From positions 1,408,001-1,472,000 of the forward strand of contig CBDFIQ010000002.1 of the NCBI GenBank assembly GCA_965248195.1: a DNA stretch of 64,000 nucleotides, given 5' to 3'. The notes below the pieces were generated by a model, which worked only from the letters and a program-made list of their open reading frames with translations, made no database searches and was not told the origin of the DNA. The translations under genes and the position numbers were made by a program. Shown piece after piece: positions 8,833 through 18,283 of this stretch (position 1 is its first letter; each line of letters starts with the position of its first letter). The stretch comes from Longimicrobiales bacterium. GTDB lineage: Bacteria; Gemmatimonadota; Gemmatimonadetes; Longimicrobiales; Gaopeijiaceae.

Positions 8833-10326
8833 GTGAACAGAGCATTGACCCTGACGGCGGCTGCACTATTGGCCACCGCGGCGATGGTCATGGGGCAGGA
8901 AACGGTGCGCCTCACATTGGACGAGGCGATCGACCTCGCCCGTGAGAACAACCCCACGTTCCTCACGACGCAGAACAATGAGGCGGCGGCCGATTGGGGC
9001 GTCAGGGAAGCCACGAGTAACCTTTTACTCCCGTCAGTTACAGCTTTCGGGCAGGCGGGGTACCGATCTCCAGGCTTGTCGCGGATTGGGACGATCAACA
9101 CCGGTGGGGTCGCGCAAGGGGCGCAATACACATCCTTTTATCGACTCCTAGCGACGTACACGCTGAACGGGAACACGCTGTTCGGTCTCAGCAGCGCCAA
9201 AGCGGATCGGAACGCCGCCCGCGCGCTTACGGACGCGGCTGAGTTTACGATGGGATCCCTGGTCACGCTCCAATACATGACAACATTGCGTGCGCGAGAC
9301 CAAGTCGAAGTAGCGCGCCTACAGGTCGAGCGCTCGATCGAAAGTCTCGAAATCGCACAAGCACGCGTGGATGCCCAGGCGGCCATCGTCACGGATGCCA
9401 AGCAGGCGCAAGTTCAGATCGGACGCGACTCCGTTGCTCTGCTACGGGCGGAGTCGGGTCTGCGCGTAGGGACCCTCGGGCTCTTGGAGACCGTCGGCCT
9501 CAATCTTGGCGCCGAGGTGGAGCTGGTGAGCCAGTTCGAAGTGTTCCGCCCCTCGTGGACGGGTACGGAGTTGATCTCGATCGCTCTGGAGTCCCACCCT
9601 GGGCTCAACGCATTCGTGGCCAGTGAAGGAGCTCGGCGCGCCAACCTTCGGCAGGCCCGTGGCCAATATTTTCCCAACGTTTCCCTGACCGGCTCCTGGG
9701 ATGGTTTTACGCAGGAGATCCAGAACGGGGCATTCAACGTCCTGGCTGCGGAAGCGGGCGTTTCCCGGTCCATCGAGACCTGCAATACGTTCAACAGCAT
9801 ATCAGCGGGTTTGACGACGCCGTTGGCAGGATTTCCCACAGATTGTGGCGCGCTGCAACTCAGCAACGAGGGCCGCCAGGCGATTCTGGACGCGAACAGT
9901 GTCTTCCCCTTCAACTTCACGAGCCAGCCATTCCGCGCAACATTGAGTGTGAGTATTCCGATTTTCAACGGGTTCAGCAGGGAGCGGGAAGTGTCTCAGG
10001 CCGCCAATGCACTCGAGGACGCCGAGTATTCCCGCCGCGCGGAGGAATTACGTCTCCGGACGGCCGTGACGAGCGCCTACGACGCGCTGATGACTTCATA
10101 CAACGTAGTGCAGGTAGAGGAGCGGAATCGGGAGGTGGCCGCCGAACAACTCGAGTTGTCCCGCCAGCGATACGCCCTTGGCGCGGACAATTTCCTCGTC
10201 TTGCTCGACGCGCAACGTACGATGGCGGACGGGGAGCGCGCTTACCTGGACGGTCTATACGCGTTCCATCTCGAGCTGGCGAATCTTGAAAACGCCGTGG
10301 GCCAGCCGCTCCGGCCCGAAGAGTAG
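8833..10326 (+). CDS. TolC family outer membrane efflux protein
   Basis: Signal peptide from GTG 8833; LTLDEAIDLARENNP, YFPNVSL, SIPIFNG and RYALG motifs. Confidence 0.92.
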   Translation: MNRALTLTAAALLATAAMVMGQETVRLTLDEAIDLARENNPTFLTTQNNEAAADWGVREATSNLLLPSVTAFGQAGYRSPGLSRIGTINTGGVAQGAQYTSFYRLLATYTLNGNTLFGLSSAKADRNAARALTDAAEFTMGSLVTLQYMTTLRARDQVEVARLQVERSIESLEIAQARVDAQAAIVTDAKQAQVQIGRDSVALLRAESGLRVGTLGLLETVGLNLGAEVELVSQFEVFRPSWTGTELISIALESHPGLNAFVASEGARRANLRQARGQYFPNVSLTGSWDGFTQEIQNGAFNVLAAEAGVSRSIETCNTFNSISAGLTTPLAGFPTDCGALQLSNEGRQAILDANSVFPFNFTSQPFRATLSVSIPIFNGFSREREVSQAANALEDAEYSRRAEELRLRTAVTSAYDALMTSYNVVQVEERNREVAAEQLELSRQRYALGADNFLVLLDAQRTMADGERAYLDGLYAFHLELANLENAVGQPLRPEE

Positions 10327-10392
10327 GGGAGCGCATCGAATGCCGGGCGGCTATAGTCGTTCCGGCCGAAACTTCTAGAGAGTGAGGTTATC

Positions 10393-11649
10393 GTGGACAT
10401 CGCCCGCGATCCCAAGCCGAAAACGAGAAAAAGAATCATCCAGTGGTCGGTCGCGGCCGTGGCCCTGACCGGGGTTACCGTGGGGTTGAGGAATCTTGAA
10501 CCCGCGGCGCCCAGCGTGGATGCAGCGACCGTATGGATGGACACCGTCCAGCACGGCACCATGGTACGCCAGGTTCGCGGACCCGGTACGCTCGTGCCCG
10601 AGCAGATGCGCTGGATCACCGCTCTGACGGCCGGGCGTGTCGAGCAAATCATCGTGTTGCCCGGAACCGTGATCGAGGAAAACACGGTGATCATCCGGAT
10701 GAGCAATCCGGACGTTGTGGTACAACTACTCCAGGCTCAACAAGCGCTCAGCAGCGCCGAAGCGACGCTGATTCAATTGGGCTCGAGTCTCGCGACCCAG
10801 CGCCTTTCGCAGGAAGCGCTTCTAGCCCAGGTGCGCACCCAACTCCGGAACGCGGAGCGAGACCACGCGACCAACCAGCGTCTCTACGATACGAATCCCG
10901 AGTTGGTCGCCGCGACCGAGTTCGCCAGCACCAGGGACGCGGTGGAGGAGTTCAAGGAGCGGGTGCGGCTCGGCGAGGAGCAGGTGTCGGTGCTGGTGGC
11001 TTCGGTCGACGAACAGTTGAATGCTCAGCGGGTCCAGATCGGTCGGCTCGTCGACATCGTCGACTTCAACCGTGATCGAGTGAGTTCGATGGAGGTGACG
11101 GCGGGCGTGTCCGGGGTTCTGGCGGAGCTGCCGCTCGACGAGGGCCAGTGGGTTCAGTCTGGCGAGACGCTTGCCAGGGTCGTGCAGCCGGGACGCCTGA
11201 AGGCCGAGGTCCGGATTCCCCAGACACAGGCGCAGGACATCGCCGCGGGCCAGGTCGCGTATATCGACACACGAAACGATACCATCGTGGGGCAGGTAGT
11301 GCGCATCGATCCTTCGGTGCAGAACGGCACCGTGACGATCGACGTGGCGCTTCCCGCCGACCTTCCGCGGAGCGCTCGTCCGGACCTGAGCATCGACGGC
11401 AACGTGGTGATTCAGCGGCTGGACGACGTGACGTATGTGGGACGTCCCGCATACGGCCAGGCGAATCAGCGGGTGGGTATGTTCAAGGTGCTCGAGGACC
11501 GCCAGTACGCCGAGCGCGTCAACGTGTTGTTGGGGGCCAGCTCGGTCAACGAGATCGCAGTGCTCGAGGGGCTGCAGGAGGGGGATGTCGTGATCCTTTC
11601 GGACATGTCCCAGTGGGACGGATTCGATCGGGTCCGATTGAGGAATTAG
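10393..11649 (+). CDS. Periplasmic adaptor subunit (HlyD/MacA-like)
   Basis: N-terminal TM, VRGPGTLVP, coiled coil, GQWVQSGETLARV lipoyl half, RPDLSIDG, GLQEGDVVI. Confidence 0.92.
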   Translation: MDIARDPKPKTRKRIIQWSVAAVALTGVTVGLRNLEPAAPSVDAATVWMDTVQHGTMVRQVRGPGTLVPEQMRWITALTAGRVEQIIVLPGTVIEENTVIIRMSNPDVVVQLLQAQQALSSAEATLIQLGSSLATQRLSQEALLAQVRTQLRNAERDHATNQRLYDTNPELVAATEFASTRDAVEEFKERVRLGEEQVSVLVASVDEQLNAQRVQIGRLVDIVDFNRDRVSSMEVTAGVSGVLAELPLDEGQWVQSGETLARVVQPGRLKAEVRIPQTQAQDIAAGQVAYIDTRNDTIVGQVVRIDPSVQNGTVTIDVALPADLPRSARPDLSIDGNVVIQRLDDVTYVGRPAYGQANQRVGMFKVLEDRQYAERVNVLLGASSVNEIAVLEGLQEGDVVILSDMSQWDGFDRVRLRN

Positions 11650-11707
11650 GAGGCTGGTCTGCATACCGGCCATTTACATTCGCCGTAGCATGGGTTCCAA
11701 GGGAGGG

Positions 11708-12469
11708 ATGATGGAAGACACGCTAGAGCAAGATACCGGTTCCACACTGATCGACCTTCAGGGCCTCAGCAAGGTGTTTTACACCGAGGAGGTGGAAACC
11801 CACGCATTGTCCGACATCCACTTGGACGTCAAGGCCGGTGAGTTCGTGTCGATCGCCGGACCGTCGGGTTGCGGCAAGACCACGCTGCTGTCGATCCTCG
11901 GGCTGCTGGACTCTCCAACGATGGGGGACTATCTGCTCGACGGCGAGCCTGTGGCTGAGCTCACGGCCTCACAGCGAGCCAAGATCCGCAACCAGGCGAT
12001 CGGATTCATCTTTCAGGCTTTTAACCTGATCGGAGATCTCACGGTCTACGAAAATGTGGAGCTTCCGCTCACGTACCGCGGGATGGCCGGAGGGGAGCGT
12101 AAGGAGCGCGTGCACATGGCTCTCGAAAGGGTCGGCATGGCGCACCGCATGAACCACTATCCGAGTCAACTCTCCGGTGGTCAGCAACAGCGTGTGGCGG
12201 TGGCGAGGGCCATCGTCGGCAAGCCACTCATCCTGCTGGCGGACGAGCCTACCGGAAACCTCGACTCGAAGAACGGGAATGCGGTCATGGACCTCATGAA
12301 GGAATTGCACGACGAGGGGGCGACGATCTGCATGGTGACGCACGATCCGCGTTACGCGACGGTAGCCGATCGGTCGGTGCACCTCTTCGATGGCCAGGTC
12401 GTCGACGAGGAAGACGCCCACCGGGCGGAACATGCTCAGGAGTTGGAGGAAAGCGGCTTCGAGGTCTAG
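11708..12469 (+). CDS. ABC transporter ATP-binding protein (MacB/LolD-like)
   Basis: GPSGCGKT Walker A, LSGGQQQR, LLADEPTGNLD, MVTHD. Confidence 0.95.
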   Translation: MMEDTLEQDTGSTLIDLQGLSKVFYTEEVETHALSDIHLDVKAGEFVSIAGPSGCGKTTLLSILGLLDSPTMGDYLLDGEPVAELTASQRAKIRNQAIGFIFQAFNLIGDLTVYENVELPLTYRGMAGGERKERVHMALERVGMAHRMNHYPSQLSGGQQQRVAVARAIVGKPLILLADEPTGNLDSKNGNAVMDLMKELHDEGATICMVTHDPRYATVADRSVHLFDGQVVDEEDAHRAEHAQELEESGFEV

Positions 12470-12500
12470 CGGCGGAGCACCGCCGCGGGCAGAGCGTTGT

Positions 12501-12534
12501 CGAAGGGGCGGCCATCGGGCCGCCCCTTCGTTTC
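12501..12534 (+). terminator. Intrinsic terminator-like hairpin after the first ABC ATPase
   Basis: cgaaggggcggcc-atcg-ggccgccccttcg followed by tttc. Confidence 0.65.
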
Positions 12535-12570
12535 AGAGAGGTTCCGTGGTGCGTTGACTGGAGCCATTGA

Positions 12571-12589
12571 GTGTCCGATTTTGGGACAC
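12571..12589. promoter_or_regulatory. Perfect palindrome GTGTCC-N7-GGACAC, putative activator site for the second ATPase gene
   Basis: gtgtccgattttgggacac, followed by an AT-rich spacer and TGGCA at 12656, mirroring the layout at 8629-8758. Confidence 0.6.
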
Positions 12590-12673
12590 CTGTTTCGGTA
12601 AGTGACCCCTCCGGCATAAAGTAACGTAGCATATGAAAATGGTTAAAAACTTTAATGGCAATAACATAGATCT

Positions 12674-13345
12674 ATGACACTGATCCATACGAAGGGCATC
12701 GAGAAGTCATATAAGACCGGTGCGGGTGAGACCTTCGTCCTCCGGCGGATCGATCTCGAGATCGAAGCGGGTGACTTTATCACGATCATGGGGCCCTCCG
12801 GTGCCGGAAAATCGACGCTGCTGTCGATCCTGGGCATGCTGGACGGGGATTGGCGGGGCGAGTATTGGCTCGCCGGTGAGCCGGCACACGCCATGAAGCC
12901 TCGATCGCGTATCGAGCTCAACAAGCGCTACGTCGGGTTCGTCTTTCAGCAATACCATCTGCTCGACGATCTCACGGTCTACGAGAACCTGGAGATCCCG
13001 CTCTCGTACCGGAACGTGAAGCGGAAAGAGCGCCAGGCCATTGTCGCCGACTCCCTCGACCGGTTTCAGATCGTCGGCAAGAAGGATCTCTTTCCGTCGC
13101 AGCTCTCCGGGGGCCAACAGCAGCTTGTCGCTGTGGCCCGGGCGGTCATCGCCGAGCCGAAGGTCATTCTGGCCGACGAGCCGACCGGAAGCCTGCATTC
13201 GAGCCAGGGCCGCATGATCATGGATCTACTCGCCGAGCTGAACCGTGAGGGGACCACGATCATTCAGGTCACACACAACGAAGAATATGCGGCGTACGGG
13301 CAGCGCATCATTCAGCTCAAGGACGGCTGGATCGTCGACGAGTAG
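12674..13345 (+). CDS. Second ABC transporter ATP-binding protein (MacB/LolD-like)
   Basis: [31 protein letters not shown]. Confidence 0.95.
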   Translation: MTLIHTKGIEKSYKTGAGETFVLRRIDLEIEAGDFITIMGPSGAGKSTLLSILGMLDGDWRGEYWLAGEPAHAMKPRSRIELNKRYVGFVFQQYHLLDDLTVYENLEIPLSYRNVKRKERQAIVADSLDRFQIVGKKDLFPSQLSGGQQQLVAVARAVIAEPKVILADEPTGSLHSSQGRMIMDLLAELNREGTTIIQVTHNEEYAAYGQRIIQLKDGWIVDE

Positions 13346-13443
13346 CCCGCGAAGACGAATAGCCCACGAGGACGAGTAGCCCACGAGAACGAGTAGCCGC
13401 GAGAACGAGTAGTCCACGAGAACGAGTAGCCCGCGAGAACTAG
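13337..13443. repeat. 6 x about 17-bp tandem repeat (racgagtagcccrcgag) starting across the ABC gene stop codon and abutting IS5
   Basis: Read directly; each unit carries TAG. Confidence 0.9.
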
Positions 13444-14255
13444 GGCCTGTTAACACTATCTGAGGGCTTCGACGATGAGCGCGAAGTGGATGAAGGCGGT
13501 AAACATCACGTCGAGCTTGTCAAAGCGGGAGAAGATTCTTCTGAAGCCTTTGAGTCGCCGAAATAACCGCTCTATTTCGTTACGACGGCGATACATGACT
13601 CGGTCATACTGCCACGGGTTAACACGGCCCTGCTTGGGTGGCACGACCGGCGTAAACCCCAGCTCCAACACCAATTGCCGTGTTTCGCCCCCCTCGTACG
13701 CCCGGTCCATGATCATGGACACTGTGGAATGTACCGGCTTCAACGTGCGTAGCAGTTCCCGTCCTTCCGGCGCGTCGTGCTTGTGGCCTGGCGATAGCGA
13801 GAAGGTTATCGCGGTTCGAGCATCTGCGGCAACCATATGAATCTTGGTGGTCCAGCCTCCACGCGACTTGCCGATGGCCTGCGGGCCGTTTTTTTTAGAG
13901 CGCCGGTGCCATCAGGGTGCACCTTGACGATGGTACTGTCGATCGACAGAGCTTGGATCTTGATCCGGATAATTTGCTCGTCTTGCAGGGCCGCAAAGAC
14001 ACGATCCAGCACACCTGCCCTGGCCCAGCGATTCATTCGGGTGTAGATCGTATGCCAGTTACCGAAACGCGGAGGCAACCCCCGCCATTTGCAGCCGTGT
14101 TCGGCCACATACAGGATCGCGTTAAGCACTTCGAGATTGGAGATGCTCACATTGCCGCGCTGATGCGGAAAGCAAGCCTCTATCCGACGATATTGGGACT
14201 CTGTGATTTTCATAGCCCCAATATACTACAAATTGCCCTTAGTGTTAACAGACCC
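13443..14255 (-). mobile_element. IS5 family (IS427-like group) insertion sequence, 813 bp
   Basis: 16-bp IRs gggcctgttaacacta / tagtgttaacagaccc with 1 mismatch, flanked by TA in CTAG context; two overlapping transposase ORFs. Confidence 0.92.
13456..14213 (-). CDS. IS5 family transposase, orfA (14213-13806) and orfB joined by a probable programmed frameshift at an A8 tract
   Basis: GCKWRGLPPRFGNWHTIY, IDSTIVKVH; A8 at 13889-13896 on the minus strand; second frame KKNGPQAIGKSRGGWTTKIH...MDRAY...YRRRNEIERLF. Confidence 0.9.
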
Positions 14256-14301
14256 TAGCTGTCCCGAGGACGAGCGGCTTGCGCATGAGAGGCGGTAGGA
14301 G

Positions 14302-15708
14302 ATGAGCACGACGGACGCTGGGACTGTCCTGGTCGCGGACGACCAGGCGGACGTCTTGGAGGCGCTTCGAATTCTCCTCAAAGCGGAGGGGTTCGAGATC
14401 GCGACTGCGAACTCGCCTCCGCGCATCCTCTCCAACATCGAGCAGGCGGACTTCGACGCCGTCCTGATGGACCTCAACTATGCGCGGGACACGACCTCCG
14501 GCGGAGAGGGGATGGACCTCCTCACCCAGATTCGGAGTCTCGATGCCACCCTCCCAGTGTTGGTCATGACGGCCTGGGGAAGCGTGGATGGGGCGGTGGA
14601 AGCGATGCGGCGGGGGGCTCGGGACTACGTCGAGAAGCCATGGGACAATGAGCGGCTCCTGAAGACCCTGCGGACCCAGGTCGAATTGGGTAGGGCACTC
14701 CGACGGGGTCAGCACCTCGAGGACGAGAACCGCTGGCTCCGGGGTGAGGACGCGCCGGACTTCATCGCGGGATCCAAGGTCATGCAACCGGTGCTGAGGG
14801 TGATGGAGCGGGTGGGACCCTCCGAGGCCAACGTGTTGATCACCGGCGAGCATGGCACCGGAAAGGAAGTCGTAGCGCGTTGGCTTCATGCTGTGTCGGG
14901 ACGGGTGAAGAACACACTCGTGGCGGTCAATGCGGGAGGCTTTTCCGAGGGCCTGTTCGAGAGCGAGCTGTTCGGGCACGTGAAGGGGGCGTTCACGGAC
15001 GCCAAGGCGGATCGAATCGGATGCTTCGAGTTGGCGCACCAGGGTACACTCTTCCTCGATGAGATCGCCAATATCTCCTTGCAACAACAAGCGAAGCTTC
15101 TGCGCGTACTCGAGACTGGGGAGATCCAGCGCGTCGGCTCGTCCAAGATAAGGAAGGTGGACGTCCGCATTCTTGCGGCGACGAACGCGGATCTCATCGA
15201 GATCGTGGCCACAGGCGAGTTCCGAGAAGATCTGCTTTATCGAATGAATACCGTCGAGCTCCGCCTACCCCCGCTGAGAGAGCGGAGCGAAGACGTCGTG
15301 ACCCTCGCCCTGCACTTTCTCGAACGCCATCGCGCTCGCTACAGGAACTCGGTCGAGGGCTTCGCCGAGGATGCGATACGGGCGTTGCTCGGGCACTCGT
15401 GGCCGGGGAACGTCCGTGAGCTCGAGCACTCGGTGGAGCGCGCCGTCCTCATGGCGCAGGGACATCTCATCCGTTCGGAGGATCTCGGGCTGATTCGGCG
15501 TGCCGACGGCGGTGCCCAGATGGAGCAGCTTACGCTGGAGGAGGCGGAGAGGGTCTTGATCGAGAAGGCCCTGGATCGAACCGACGGCAATGTCTCCCGC
15601 GCCGCGAATGAACTGGGCCTCAGCCGTAGCGCTTTGTACCGGCGGCTCCAGCGGTATGGAATAGAGGCCCGAGTCCGAGTGATCCAGGGGGTGAAAAACA
15701 CCGGATGA
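14302..15708 (+). CDS. Sigma-54-dependent response regulator (NtrC family: REC-AAA+-HTH)
   Basis: VADD, MDLN, GEHGTGKE, ESELFGHVKGAFTDA, LFLDEI, WPGNVREL, C-terminal Fis-type HTH. Confidence 0.95.
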   Translation: MSTTDAGTVLVADDQADVLEALRILLKAEGFEIATANSPPRILSNIEQADFDAVLMDLNYARDTTSGGEGMDLLTQIRSLDATLPVLVMTAWGSVDGAVEAMRRGARDYVEKPWDNERLLKTLRTQVELGRALRRGQHLEDENRWLRGEDAPDFIAGSKVMQPVLRVMERVGPSEANVLITGEHGTGKEVVARWLHAVSGRVKNTLVAVNAGGFSEGLFESELFGHVKGAFTDAKADRIGCFELAHQGTLFLDEIANISLQQQAKLLRVLETGEIQRVGSSKIRKVDVRILAATNADLIEIVATGEFREDLLYRMNTVELRLPPLRERSEDVVTLALHFLERHRARYRNSVEGFAEDAIRALLGHSWPGNVRELEHSVERAVLMAQGHLIRSEDLGLIRRADGGAQMEQLTLEEAERVLIEKALDRTDGNVSRAANELGLSRSALYRRLQRYGIEARVRVIQGVKNTG

Positions 15709-17090
15709 GCGGATGGTGGGAGCGGATTCCTCACGACTACCGCATCGTCGTGCTGGCCCTCTTGGCGGCGCTCCCCGGAATCGCCATCTCGCTCGCGTTC
15801 CTTTGGATGGGTCCGTACTCGGCCGGACTCCGATGGACGGCTACGGTTTTTCTCCTCGGCGGTTGGGCCGGCTTCACTTACGCGCTGCGAGCCAGGGTGG
15901 TACGCCCGCTCCAAACGCTTTCCAACATGCTCGCAGCGTTGCGGGAAGGAGACTTCTCGATTCGGGTCCGCGGAGCGGGATCGAGCGGTGCTCTCGCCCT
16001 CACGTATAACGAGGCGAACGCGCTCGAGGAGGTTCTTCGGGAGCAGCGTCTGGGCGCGGTCGAGGCCACGGCTCTGCTCCGCAAGGTGCTGGAGGAAGTC
16101 GATCTGGCGGTGTTCGCCTTCGATGAAAACGAAACCCTCCGGCTCCTGAATAGGGCGGGTGAGGCGCTGCTTGGTCAGCCGAGTAAGCGAGTGATCGGCA
16201 CACCGGCCGCCGAACTTCGGCTCCAAGAAACGCTCAGCGGAATCGCGCCACGCACGCTCGAGCTCAATCATCCTGGGGGGACGGGCCGATGGGAGCTCCG
16301 GCGTACGGTGGTACGCCAAGAGGGCCATCCCTTGCGGCTGATCATCCTTTCGGATCTCAGCCGGGCGCTACGGGAGGAGGAGCGACAAGCCTGGAAGCGC
16401 ATCATCCGGGTGCTGAGTCATGAGATCAACAACTCGTTGGCGCCCATCAAGTCGATCGCCGGAAGCCTACAGAGTCTGACGCGACGCGGATCCCTGCCTC
16501 CCGATCTCGACGAGGACGTTGAGAGCGGCCTCAAGGTGATCGCCGGTCGCGCGGAGTCCTTGGGAAGGTTCATGGCTTCATATGCCCAACTCGCTCGGCT
16601 GCCTGAACCCCGGCTCGCCGCCGTAGAAGTGAACGCACTCGTGCGACGGATCGTGGCGATCGAAACCAGACTGGAGGTCGGCGTGCGACCCGGGCCGGAT
16701 CTCACCGTTCAGGCGGACGCGGACCAACTCGAACAGCTTCTGATAAACCTGATGAGAAACGCGGTCGACGCCGCCCTCGAAACGAAGGGTGAGGTGGAAG
16801 TGTCCTGGTCCGTGATAGGCAATCGACTGCATGTGGTGGTCACGGACGAGGGCCCGGGCCTGCCGGTGGACACCGGTAACTTGTTCGTACCCTTCTACAC
16901 AACCAAACCCGGCGGGAGCGGAATCGGCCTGGCTCTCTGCCGGCAGATCGCGGAAGGCCACGGTGGTACGCTGACGCTCGAAAATTCTCCCGAAGGGAAG
17001 GGGGCCAGGGCCCGACTCACGATCCCCCTGGACCTCATTTCAGCTGAGCCCGTGGCGTCGTTGGCTCTGCCGCCGGAGTCCTCCGGTTGA
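15705..17090 (+). CDS. Sensor histidine kinase (NtrY-like: two TMs, HAMP, PAS-like, HisKA, HATPase)
   Basis: SHEINNSL H-box, NLMRNA, DEGPG, FYTTKPGGSGIGL; ATGA overlap with the regulator. Confidence 0.93.
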   Translation: MSGWWERIPHDYRIVVLALLAALPGIAISLAFLWMGPYSAGLRWTATVFLLGGWAGFTYALRARVVRPLQTLSNMLAALREGDFSIRVRGAGSSGALALTYNEANALEEVLREQRLGAVEATALLRKVLEEVDLAVFAFDENETLRLLNRAGEALLGQPSKRVIGTPAAELRLQETLSGIAPRTLELNHPGGTGRWELRRTVVRQEGHPLRLIILSDLSRALREEERQAWKRIIRVLSHEINNSLAPIKSIAGSLQSLTRRGSLPPDLDEDVESGLKVIAGRAESLGRFMASYAQLARLPEPRLAAVEVNALVRRIVAIETRLEVGVRPGPDLTVQADADQLEQLLINLMRNAVDAALETKGEVEVSWSVIGNRLHVVVTDEGPGLPVDTGNLFVPFYTTKPGGSGIGLALCRQIAEGHGGTLTLENSPEGKGARARLTIPLDLISAEPVASLALPPESSG

Positions 17091-17380
17091 ACTAGGTCAA
17101 TCAGCGCCCTCCTCCGTGGCCGGAGCCCCCCGCCTGTGGCCTGGGTAGCCCGCATCGCGGCCACGTCGACATGTTTTTGCGGATCCTGCCTCGAGAAAGC
17201 CGCGTTCAGTAAGAATAAACGTGGCATGCGTGTCAGGGTTCTCCTATGTTTGGCGTAGGTATCGTGGTCCAATTTCTGCCCCGATGGGCAACGCCAAAAG
17301 GGGCCGTGGAGTTGGGTTGAATGTCGTCTTCATGGTGCGTCCTTGGCGGGGGCGCGAAGCCGCGAGTTGGCCTTCTATAG

Positions 17381-18283
17381 ATGAGCGATTCTGCACACCG
17401 ACCTACAAGCCTACTTGTCGTAGAGGCTGACCCTGACCGTCTGGAATCCCTTCGGGAGCATCTCCGGAGCACGGATGGGAACATCAAGCTTCATGGCGCC
17501 GGCGAACTGGCGGTGGCGTTGGAGCGGCTTTCCAGCGGTGGCGTGGACGCCGTGATTCTCGACCCCGATCTACCCGATAGCCAGGGCATCGTGAGCTTCG
17601 AGCGCATGTACGCGTTCGCCCCGAACGTTCCGGTCGTCGTACTGACCAATGAGGGGGAGGATGAGCTTGCGGTCCGCGCCGTCCAGGGTGGGGCGCAGGA
17701 CTGCATGCGTAAAGATGAGGCCGAACCATCGGTCCTGCTTCGATCCGTGCGCTACGCCATCGAGCGTCACCGTCTACTCGATGCGCTTCGGAGCTTGTCG
17801 CTGATCGATGGCCTCACGGACTTATACAACCGGCGGGGATTTAATGACCTCGGTGAGCAATACCTCAAGCTCGCCGTTCGCTCCTCTCGGTCGGTTTCCC
17901 TCATCTACCTCGACATCGACCGCTTCAAGACCATCAACGACACACTCGGTCATCACGTTGGTGATCGTGCCTTGCTGTGCGTGGCGGACACCCTTCGGGA
18001 TACGTTTCGCCGTTCCGACATCGTTGCCCGAATGAGTGGGGATGAGTTCGCCGTCCTGGCGTTCGAAACCTCGGAGGAGGACGCCGAGACGCTCGCCCAG
18101 CGGCTAAGGGCGAAGATTAATGAGCTGAACGAGACCACGAGGGAACGGTTCCAGCTTTCCGTCAGCATCGGCCTGGCCCGGAACGACGGTGATACTGCGG
18201 TGCCCCTCGACGAGTTGCTGAGGCAGGCCGACGCAGCGATGTACAAGGAAAAACGAAACAAGAGAAGGAAGGTGGCGCGGTGA
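17381..18283 (+). CDS. Response regulator diguanylate cyclase (REC plus GGDEF, active site SGDEF)
   Basis: ILDPDLPD receiver; DGLTDLYNRR, DIDRFKTINDTLGH, RRSD I-site, RMSGDEF, ADAAMY. Confidence 0.92.
   Translation: MSDSAHRPTSLLVVEADPDRLESLREHLRSTDGNIKLHGAGELAVALERLSSGGVDAVILDPDLPDSQGIVSFERMYAFAPNVPVVVLTNEGEDELAVRAVQGGAQDCMRKDEAEPSVLLRSVRYAIERHRLLDALRSLSLIDGLTDLYNRRGFNDLGEQYLKLAVRSSRSVSLIYLDIDRFKTINDTLGHHVGDRALLCVADTLRDTFRRSDIVARMSGDEFAVLAFETSEEDAETLAQRLRAKINELNETTRERFQLSVSIGLARNDGDTAVPLDELLRQADAAMYKEKRNKRRKVAR

Noticed and set aside
13337..13443. Possible CRISPR array
   Set aside because: Units are contiguous 16-17 bp with no unique spacers, and there are no cas genes in the window.
17091..17380. 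c-di-GMP riboswitch or sigma-54 promoter upstream of the diguanylate cyclase
   Set aside because: Only partial look-alikes (gggcaacgcc, tggcgtag); the required motifs and spacing are missing.
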